Positions 12,722 to 22,701 of a stretch of 64,000 bases of DNA are shown here, one piece after another. Below the pieces are notes generated by a model. That model did not search any database and had not been told where the DNA came from. It saw nothing but the letters and a program-made list of their open reading frames with translations. Origin of the DNA: Lingula anatina (lineage: Eukaryota > Animalia > Brachiopoda); NCBI GenBank assembly GCA_051362555.1, contig CM120648.1, forward strand, positions 5,266,587 through 5,330,586. Direction: 5' to 3'. The first letter of the stretch is position 1; every line of letters starts with the position of its first letter. Position numbers and translations under genes: made by a program.

Positions 12722-15700
12722 GCTAAATGTGATGACCGAGTATTGTGCCACTGCATCTTAATTAAAAGTGACTACGCAAATCAAGGCCCAAGAAGACGAG
12801 CACAGATACACACATACTAGTAGGAGTGGGAGGGTGATTGAAAATAAATGTCAAATGTGTTACGGGTTCGAATATATGTACCCCCGGTACATCCTGTAAT
12901 CTTATTTATAAACCCATACCAAAATACCATCATATATAATGCAAGTTTTTGTATTTCGTCTTTACCTTGTGGTTCTTCAACTTTTGTCTTTTCAGAGACC
13001 ACCACGTCGATAACACTCACGCCGTTCCCATCCACTTCCCCATTGCATACAAATAGACGTGTTAAATATGTGGAAATTATGAAATGCGCTTTTTTGAACT
13101 CAGATGAGAAATAAACATGTACCGGTACATGCAAATAAAGGAACCATGCAGATGTTTAACCCCATTTGGACTTTTATATACATTAATTATTAAAAAAACA
13201 TTTTCTTTAACTTCACAATCTTAAAACTTCGTTTTGCCAAATATACTTTAAATATACGCAGACATACAGTTGTATATGTGTTTTTAAAGTAATAGCTCAA
13301 GGTTAACCTACTTTTAGGGTTGACATCTTGCACGTGACTGTCGTTTCCGTTTGGTTTGTGCCCAATCTTTTCTTTCATTGGCACCACCGTATACATTACT
13401 GACCCACCGTCACTGAAGCTTTTTGCTGGGGTTAATATTTTGTCTATACCGAAACCTTCTATCAAAGTACCAACCACGAGAAAGAACGCGAAAACGGAGA
13501 CGACAGCTCTGGGAAAAAAGAACATGTACAGTTTTGTGCAGAGAAGGTGACATTACGGATATGGATAAACTTACGTATCGCAAATTGCACATAATTACAG
13601 GGTAAACACAATAGGACACAATGCTTAGAGTAAGTCAGCTGGGGTAAGGGTAGTTAGTTGAGTTGGCCTCGTTTAAGGTGATGAGTGACAGCCTTAATTG
13701 CCACCTCTCCCTCTACCGATGCTGCTGAGTGACAGCTTTAATTGTCATCTCCCAAGTCCCAACCGCTTATCTGATTATCTGCCCGACTGCACACAATCAT
13801 TATTTATCTATATGTGGCACGCTTTCATCGTATTCGTCCTTCAGTTAGTATTTAAAGCCTAGGTCCCAAATACGTTTTCCACGTACGGTATTTTAGGTTC
13901 CTTGCGTCCAGCTAGGACGTAGCAAGATCGCACGTAGCGGCTGTTGATCATGTCGAAAAGTTAAGCTTAGGTCCCAACTACGTTTTCCACGCACGGCTTT
14001 TAGGTTCCTTGCGTCCGGCTAGGACGTAGCAAGATCGCACGAAGCGGCTGTTGATCATGTCGAAAAGTTTCTACGTGCTGTTTGCGTCCTCCAAAAGTCG
14101 CACGATGGACGTGCTCCTCACGCACGAACTCCCACGTTTTTCCCCATTTTTTGGCCGTAGACCACGCATAGCAGCCCATACTTTCGGTTGGGATCTAGGC
14201 TTTATTTGATTCCCTCCCTGCGATTTAGCTACGCCCTAGACGGACGCAAGGAGCCTAAAAACCGTGCGTCCAAAACGTAGTTGGGACCTAGGTTTAAGAT
14301 AGCATTTTCTCTCTTCACGATGTCTTGGTTCTCAAGACTCGGTTACAAATTAATATCACTCCTAAAATTGTTTCAACGGGGCCGTAGCGATAGTCCGAAG
14401 GTTCAATAGTCCGAAGGTTCATTGGTCCGAAAGTTCACTATAGAACCTTCGGACCAATGAACCCTTGGTTAAAAAATCGATGAAAATGTTACCACTTTTC
14501 GGACCAATGAACCTTCGGACCAATGAACCTTCGGACTATCGAGACGCCCCCGTTTCAACAGGCGTTTTTGCTGCGCACATAGTGACAGTTTTTTATTTTT
14601 TTTTTTTTTGCTGTAAATTGTGTTGTAGATTTTGAAATTCCCATGTGTTGTTGATTCTGAATATTGAAAATAAAGGAACAATAACCCAAATAAGACGGTG
14701 TATTTTACGTTTTTCCTCGAGGTATCAATTTCAGCTCAAATTATTACATTGAAATGCTCACACTATTATAAATTTATTACCAATAAATGTTACAATTTTT
14801 TGGTTGAACTTTGCTTGGTTTGGTGCATGCAAGCTCGTTCTGTCACATTATACGTTACCGATACGGACTGTCACCAGCACCTATTACTGGCGACGGATGT
14901 TTCTTCTGTGTTTTTTTTTTTTTTTTTTTTTTCGAATTTATATCAGAATATTTTATTTATCGCAATAAAGGAAATGTCTGGCATATATTTATATAGCAAA
15001 TATTCTTATATGACATTATCCATACAACTTATTCGATCCAGACTTAGTTCACGTGTATCTTGATGGAATGATTTAAGCAAGCAGTTTTTTAAGAACTTTA
15101 TTTTAAATTGCAATTTTCAAAGAACTTTATTTTAAATTAATAGTTTTATATTCCCGTTCTTCTGCTGAAACGAGCAGATTTCTTATTGTTTCATGAATAA
15201 AATAATAAATAAAAATCCCTTCTTCATACAATGCTCTTCGTTTGATAATTATCCTTGTTGAACAGTGAACGAAAATAAAGGCAGTCTCAAGAAATATGTT
15301 GATGGAGAGATAGGAAGATGGCGATCTTATCGGAGCTCTCAATTTACCTGTACGTTGCAGTAATTAAACTGTTAGCTTACGTGGCAGCTCTGATTTAAAG
15401 TGTCACCTGAAAATCTTTTGTCCGACTTAAACTTTCAAGATGTGCCAAGTTTGATTTCAATCACGCTCCCTGCGGCAACTGCCGATACGAAACCAGCACC
15501 TGACAACAGTGAAATTATCATCCCAAGAGGAAATCTAAAGCACGGAGCTGTCTGCAAGCCAGCTGTCCAAAGTCCGTAAGTTAATAGTGCAGTTTCAAAA
15601 TATACGAAACCCTACACCCTGGAATTGATCACAGTATTAAGGAATGTGCTTTTGTGCGACTACATGTAGCCCTATTTCTACAATTATTATAATCATTGAA

Positions 15701-17674
15701 TAATAAGACTTTTCCCACCATCAATTAACTCAAACATTACAGAAAGAGATTCCGTTAAGATGTTAAGTTGTTGGTGTGATCTGTAAGTTTGATGTTCATT
15801 ACATAGGATTGGACGTTGCTTTTACGGGTAAAAAAAACCCACAATACTCTTAAAATTAGACTGCGCTAAATAGGGTATCGACTAGTTAGCAAACTAAAAT
15901 CAAGGATGGAGGGATGTGCTACAGAAACGGCATAATTACGGATTACTATTAGCACCTCTTTACTATCTAGAATTGTTCACCATACTGACTCTTGTCAAAG
16001 CCGACACAGGCTCTAAATATTGTAATACAATAGATGTAGCGTTTAACTCCCCCCTCACCCCCACCGATAACGACTGGCCTGTAATTGTGCGTTTAACAAA
16101 GGTAGTGTTACAGTGATATTCACACCTTAAGCCTCTGGCGATAGTCAAGCAAGCAGAACAAGATATAAAACCTCCTTCACTATAAACTGAGCCACACAAC
16201 AGTGATCAAATTCCTGCTTAAATCAAGACGGCTATTCCAGCCCACTTTCCCGCCATTTTGCATTAATTTGACACATGTAGTCGTACGTGTAGTGTAAAAT
16301 GTCAACGAAGTACTGATTGGCTTAAAAACCGGAAGCTAGAGGAAATGAACCAAGCGTTTACCTTGGCACAAATGGCCTTCGTTAAATTTGTACGCAGTCA
16401 TGTGACGTGAAAGTGCCGTGAAACTTATTACGAGTTTTCGCATTTATGTTACTCCGATTGAACAGTATGATTAGTCGGACGTCGGTGAAAAAAAAGGGAA
16501 ATTATTTTGGGTTTAAATGTTATTTATTTTTTTTTTTTTTTTTGGACATTTTAAAGTCGGCTCACTGACTCACTTAGTCAAAGTTATGCCTGGGTTGCAT
16601 CACAGTTAGCGGGAAACTGGACCTGCAGTATAATAGACCACAACACAGTGACGTATCATCGACTCGTTGATAAAGGTATCATTTACAAGAAATCAGTAAA
16701 TCAATGTGAATAACTCTTAAACATCCCATTCTAACCAGAGCAAAGGGTCGCGTCGCAGCGTAACACAGGACGATTTAATAACCCACAATTAAGCGAGATC
16801 ATATATCACGCCTGTTTTCACACATGATTGTGTGTTGCCGAAAGGCGAGAAACACCCCGCCGTTACCCTATTTGCGTAAGCCCACCCCTTCTTACTCATC
16901 GCTGCATGTGTGTAAGATGTACGTAAGATGTGAGTAAGATGTACGTAAGTCGGCATTGTCCTTTAGCCTACGGATTTTCACACAATTCTTTTGTCCTCTT
17001 AAGGGGCGTACGTAAGACAAGTTAATCGTTTTTGAAGTAAGCATATCCGTAATGGCATCTTCTCTGCACAAAACTGTAGGTCCATGACTGCAAGTTGTAG
17101 TAGGGGACTTTTTGCGAAAATGTTGACCTTATTCAAAATAATTCTTACTAACATGTTTACTACAGTATACCTGTGAGGTATCAGCATGGCGCTTCTGCAG
17201 GCTAATTCGATGAGTTTTCATTAAGAAAACAGCTAGTAAAGACAGTTTGTAATTTATTAGTATTCTTCGAGATTCACAGAGTCACATGTATTACAAACAT
17301 CCCATTCAAACACATTTTGTTTTGTATTTCATAAATATAAGGATATAACAATGTGAAAAAAACAGTTTTTTGTAAAATTTTCGAACTTACATGCATGCTA
17401 TTGCCTTTGGATCTTCGTTTAGTTTGGGAACTTTGGATTTTTCACATTGGGCGCGTGGGAAAGTAGTATTTCCCATTAAAGCTGAAATAAAAGATAATTG
17501 ATTTATTGCAAAAAATTCGAACATGAGTTTGATATTTACATGCAGATAGACACGAGGCGAAGGGAAAGTAAATGGGTGCTAACTGAATTAATATTCATGT
17601 TTGGGAGGCGCATTTATTAATTGGCATTCTATACATGACAGATGAAATTGCATAGGACTGAACAATCACAATGA

Positions 17675-17711
<37 letters not shown>

Positions 17712-18351
17712 ACAACATATCATAATCTCAAATATGTATGCAACATGCGCGTGGATTGAACTAAACTCCCATTCCACCTACGGTAGTTACTAGTATGCTT
17801 GTTGCCAAAACTGGTGAATACAATAAAACAATGCTGCGATATTGGTTTCGAAGAAAATGTTTTAAAAAGAAAGAAAAAACAGCTATAAGTATGTGATAAC
17901 TGGTACCTTGACCCAACATCGTGATATCAGCTGATGTGCAAGAGTCTGGAAAACACATCCCTAGCTGAATAAATTGATCGCCTCCCGCCAGCAACGCGAA
18001 ATTCTATAAAAAATATAACATAGATTGATGCATGGTTACAATTCGCCACTCCCTTTCTACATATATAGAAACTTCACGTGCTAGCGAGGCTTAAATGTAT
18101 TTAAATACTGCTAGATTAATTGTTAAGGTAAGACAAGGTGAGTATACTTTAAATGACTTACCCCTCCAGCTCCTGGAGCTGCTCCACTTGGAAATTTGAT
18201 ATAAGCTTTGCAATACTCCCCCTTAAAGTGCTCGTCGATTTTCTGCAAGCCAACCTTTCTGGATAATTCAAAACACTTACATAGTAAATCATAACAGGTG
18301 AGTGTGTACATGTTTGTATGTGTGTGTGTTTAAGAAACTTAGATGCAGGTC

Positions 18352-18383
<32 letters not shown>

Positions 18384-20023
18384 ATATAAGCCTATGCTGT
18401 CGCAGTATTATTAACTAAAAAAATGCCTACCAGTGAGTGAAGGTGGTCGATTCATCGCCATATACCAATATCGGTAATTTAAATGTAGTTATATTTAAAA
18501 AAAGCACACATACAATCAACGTTGATATTTCCATATTTGTACATACGGAATGGTGGCCTCCACTCGCATACATTCATCGTACTGTCCAAGCCACCTGAGG
18601 TTTCCGTACAATATCCCAGCAGGTGGCTTACCATAAGAGTCAAACACTGAAAAAATAATAAACACTTGTACTGAAGGTTGATAAACCTTACCTTCAGAGT
18701 CGACAGGGGACAGGTACATGTATTCCTTTTTTATTTTTGCACATGTTCGCCCGTAGATTCAAAACTTCAGTTGCATTTGATAAAGGGGTTATTTATGTCT
18801 CCTCCATCTCAGTGTACCCGAAACTCCATAGTCCCATTCACAACAAGAAAGAAGGCAACAAGGAATTTCGATTGTTTGAGATTTGACCAAATATGGCAGC
18901 TTTTATTATATAACCCTACTATTGTACACATGATAACAATTTTTACAATGTGACATATTAATGTCTGTATTAAATGTTCTGGACCATTGCGTGAGTAGCA
19001 AAGGGTGGTCTCATGGCAAGTAAGTGCTAATTGCCTAATTGATAAGGGTGGAGTAATTTATTTACTGTACAAAGCACACTCACTGTTCATAGCCCACGCC
19101 TGTCCAGTAAGCAGACCCTCAAGGAACAAGCCAATGTCTTTCTTGCACTGGCCCTGGACGAACTGCATGCCGGGAACCTGATCCAGGAGGAGAGGCAGCG
19201 CTTCCTGCATCAGAGGTCTGTAGGTGTCGATGTTTACCCCTGTGAGTTGAAAAATAACTGTGCTTTATTGAGGTTTAATAAACGATGGCGCAAAGAGGAG
19301 AGCTATTCAATACAACGATTCGCTGACGTTGGAATAATATTTTTTTCAATGCAGTAGCGGGTAAAATTGCAAAATATACATGCAAGGGCTTTGATCTAAA
19401 CGTTAATATGAAATTTTTCTCAGATGATTCACAATAAACCGAGGAATAATGCAAAGTGAATGATATTCATCAATATTCATTTTCAGTATTTGATGTTTCG
19501 AGAAATCCTGAATGGCATTTTGAGGGAAAGATTATAGATTCGAGCGCGTATTTTCAAACCTTTTTCAGCTTAATTTGGCTTAATTCTACGTATGTTCAAT
19601 TTCATATGACATTAGATCATAATTACCTTGTGCCCCCAATATGTTCTGTAGAAAGTTCTGGACGCTCGCGTTCTGGGCAGCGTTGCCATTGTTTCCAGCG
19701 GGAGCGAAGATTTGACCAAGTGTCGCGGGTAAGTCAGCCAGGTTGGACAAGGTGAAATCACTGCGGTCCAGCTCCGCAAAAATCCGGTCCGTCTGGTTGA
19801 GCAGCTGTATGGCAATGGCACCTGCGTCTATGCTCTGGAAAATTTTTTTCAGTTGGGGCGGGAGATCTCCTTGGATACTATTTAGGACTTCAACGATAGA
19901 TTCCCGGGTTACGATCGACTTCAGGAAACCCCCGATGCCAGTTGTGTTTTGCGCACCAAGTGGGGTGAAACAAGTAGCTGAGACGGCCAAAATACCCAAG
20001 ACAGCCACCCAGCCTTTCATCAT
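6269..20023 (-). CDS. nrf-6: NRF-6 / O-acyltransferase-like protein, paralog B (18 exons, about 830 aa if exon 8 is included)
   Basis: Exons 19627-20023, 19084-19239, 18547-18646, 18162-18258, 17907-18003, 17391-17481, 13312-13508, 12966-13046 (acceptor AG->AT), 12309-12479, 11618-11711, 11046-11144, 10598-10763, 10086-10165, 9486-9593, 9171-9288, 7407-7593, 6774-6916, 6269-6379; total 2493 nt, in frame. Motifs: FDSYGKPPAGILYGNLRWLGQYDEC, CLNGIRVMSIGWVVLGH, VDSFFLLSG, HRIIRLSP, WWTNLLYLNN, WYIANDFQFY, YYILPWCRISPY, PLGRLTFAVYFVH, FEAP. An extra upstream in-frame ATG at 20053 is not conserved in C. Confidence 0.9.
7693..8665. mobile_element. Non-autonomous P-like DNA transposon, internally deleted derivative (intron 15 of B)
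   Basis: Ends caaggagttataaca...tgttataactccttg with a 7-bp TSD atgtaat (7686-7692, 8666-8672). Near-identical inverted copy of about 58107-59066. Absent from paralog C. Confidence 0.85.
9000..9147. mobile_element. Small MITE (related fragment at about 44428-44490; remnant in C at about 24723-24755)
   Basis: Inverted repeat ctgaatgcaatcagtttaac/gttaaactgattgcattcag. Confidence 0.55.
12631..12720. repeat. A30 + (TA)30 microsatellite, specific to B
   Basis: Directly visible; absent at the homologous position in C. Confidence 0.95.
13856..14294. mobile_element. PIF/Harbinger-like MITE with a nested or duplicated copy (13964-14201)
   Basis: taa|agcctaggtcccaaatacgtttt ... aaaacgtagttgggacctaggtt|taa. 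The inner unit reads tta|agcttaggtcccaac...gttgggatctaggct|tta. The first ~107 bp are directly repeated. Confidence 0.7.
14378..14551. mobile_element. MULE/Foldback-like MITE with 15-bp subterminal repeats
   Basis: GG...CC termini and inverted arrays of tagtccgaaggttca/tgaaccttcggacca, with TSD gtttcaac at 14370-14377 and 14552-14559. Confidence 0.8.
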
Positions 20024-20562
20024 GGGTTGGGTAATAATTGGCAAGGATACCATCCAGGTGTGTTAATTTGGATGGTGTAGTCACAAATGAACGGGTAGCG
20101 AAGTCTGGAGTCCTGTCTTCCTCTGGTCGATTATTGTCCTCGTCAGGATCTCAAAGCACTACAGGTCACACTGTATGGAACTCGTGGAGATGGAGGTGCA
20201 ATATGTCAATCTGAACGGGTTTGGAAGAATACGTCGGGTCAGGTTTAAACTTAGCGACATACGCAGTGCTTAAAAAGAAACCAGTCTTTGTGTCATGCAT
20301 ACATGGGACACGGGCAAACTCAACCCGAATATGACACATTGTTAGCAAACGTGCACACCATTTTGGATCACTCTGTATCTTATCTAAAAACCCTGTGTAC
20401 ATAGCGATTTTTAGATTCTAGTATTTCGCAATGATCTAGGGTTTAACTAAGGATACAAGGTTAACACTTAAGCGGCTAATGACATACTACCTTCTGTTTG
20501 TGGGAGATTATCGTGTCATTGAATGGGTATAAACAAGTCGAAGAGAAGCGTGCGCTCGTGCG

Positions 20563-20613
<51 letters not shown>

Positions 20614-21344
20614 AATTTTAAAACATACGGCTTCGTTACATACTATACCCCCATCAAACAGTCACAGTTGGGAAATGTACCGTGATTAAGTCAGGGACAA
20701 ATCTGAATATCCAGTGAAAACTTCACTCTGTGGTCCTGGTAAAGGGTACCGGTAGGCCTTCGACATGTATAAATATCTTTAGATAAGGGTCATTGCAGCT
20801 GTACTCTTTTGATAAGAAAAGCAAATAATGTTCAACTTATTCTCAACCGAAATTTCCTTTTCTCGTGTAGGACCACCTCCTCAAATAGCGCGTCCATGTA
20901 CCGACTATTACGCCTCATTAACTCAGACCCGGGGCCCAATAAACTTCCATATTGGGTCCTACCTCAGACTCAATAAATCAAATTAACAAAATTGGTGATT
21001 TGATAAAGTGGAATGTACTGAGTAAGATAAGTGACCGAAATGGCATTTGTATCTTAAAAGAATGATATAACAATCCTACCCCTTCCAGTCAACTGCACCA
21101 TAACCATAACGTGTTTACCTGACATCTTGAACTACGGTCGGTCATAACCACATGCAGAGTTTGCTTCAAGAAGCGGGTATACAAACAGTTACGCTAAGAC
21201 GTGCAGTCCGTATTTGATCGCTTAAGTACCCTTGTATTCAAGCAGGCGTATCAAATATTTCTTTATGTCTAAATGGTGTACATTACAAACAGTTAAGCGC
21301 ACATGCGGGCGTCCTGTACAGTAAATTTTGGGCAACCCCTCCCT

Positions 21345-21492
21345 CAAAAACAAACAAACAAGCAGACAGACAGACAGACAGACAGGCAGACAGACAAAAA
21401 GACAGACAGACAGACAAACAAGCAAACAGACAAACAAACAGACAAATAAACAAACAGACAGACAGACAGACGAACAAACAAACAGACAAACA
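21345..21492. repeat. Compound (ACAG/ACAA)n microsatellite
   Basis: Directly visible. Confidence 0.9.
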
Positions 21493-22181
21493 ATCCACCC
21501 ATAATCCACCCACCGATAGTAACCCTCAGCCTGATTCCTTACTACTACGATGGCCCAAGGCAACTGTGCTGTTGTTGGTTGAAATATGAAATAAAACAAG
21601 ATAAAGGCAACATTTTAAATCAAGACAGACGAGGAAAGAGATATTAATTAATTTACTTTTTAATTTATTTGCTCAGATAATTTTTGCACTCGACTGAAGT
21701 TATTTTGCCAATCTCGTAGCTAGAGGTATTGTCATCTTAGAGAGTAATAACCAGCTTTTCTTTACTATTGAACTGCTTCACAGATTAAAATTTGTACAAT
21801 TTTCTTTATGATACGCAGATCTCCTGTTAACCTGCTATACATGATGCCCCACCCCGAAAAAAAAAAAAACATGAACTCACTCTTCGACTGCACATAACTT
21901 ATATAATTTAGGTTTTTGAGAACATGCACGTTTTCTTATTTTCTCGTTTTGATGTTATTTTCTTTAATAAATCCTTTAGATTTGTATCTTTGTCAATAAT
22001 CTTCTAAATCAAACAACATAGATGAGTAACGGGTAAAAAGAGAGAACAATTTTAGGGTACCATGTATTTATCCCTTTTTAATGTGATCCTTTAATTCATG
22101 CGCTTAAATATTTACCTATATACTACTCTACCTGAGTATTACTACTTGGAATACTACTTAACTGAATTAAATATATATTAG

Positions 22182-22348
22182 CAGGCCCGTAGCCAGGGGG
22201 GGTTCGGGGGGTTCGAAAGAACCACCCTTTTTGCTGGGAAAAGGTCCACTCTGGGTAAAATTTGACCTATGTACTTGAGGATTTTATGGTAAAAGGTCCA
22301 CTTTTTCAGAAAACGAACCCCCCTCTGAAATTGCTGGCTACGGGCCTG
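22182..22348. mobile_element. hAT-like MITE
   Basis: TIR caggcccgtagcca/tggctacgggcctg, with 5-bp direct repeats attag on both sides. Related to 46529-46695. Confidence 0.75.
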
Positions 22349-22701
22349 ATTAGTGAGATTAAATGCAAATACATTTTGATCACAAGAAAAATGAAACTAG
22401 GTAGTCCTTTTGGTTCTTGCATATTACAATAGATGTATTTTGCTTCAAGATACCCAGTAGTCCTCATTCTGCTTAGTGGTAGATACCTTATCTTTTGTGG
22501 CATTAACGGTAGGCCTATATAACAATAAGTTTTCCGCATATATATATTGGTACTCGCACATTTAACTACCTGTATCAGACACTTTTACTTCACAAGAGCT
22601 GTACATCGTGTGCAACCAAGGTAAAAAAAAAAGATTTGAGAAAAACTAAACAGAAGAACAACAGTTTTATTAAAATCCGTTTTTGCCTCGTGTCGAAGGG
22701 A

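Larger units (their letters stand above)
13529..17076. mobile_element. 3.5-kb non-autonomous Tc1/mariner-like element (TA TSD) in intron 6 of B
   Basis: TA|cagttttgtgcagagaaggtgacattacggatatg ... catatccgtaatggcatcttctctgcacaaaactg|TA, an imperfect TIR of about 35 bp. The whole block is missing at the homologous site in C (about 28855). Confidence 0.85.

Noticed and set aside
14390-14540. Short regularly spaced repeats resembling a CRISPR array
   Set aside because: The 15-bp units abut without unique spacers and are inverted about the centre, with a TSD. This is a MITE in a eukaryotic intron.
6269-20023. Calling paralog B a pseudogene
   Set aside because: No stops or frameshifts were found, and the only lesion (exon 8 acceptor) has in-frame escapes.
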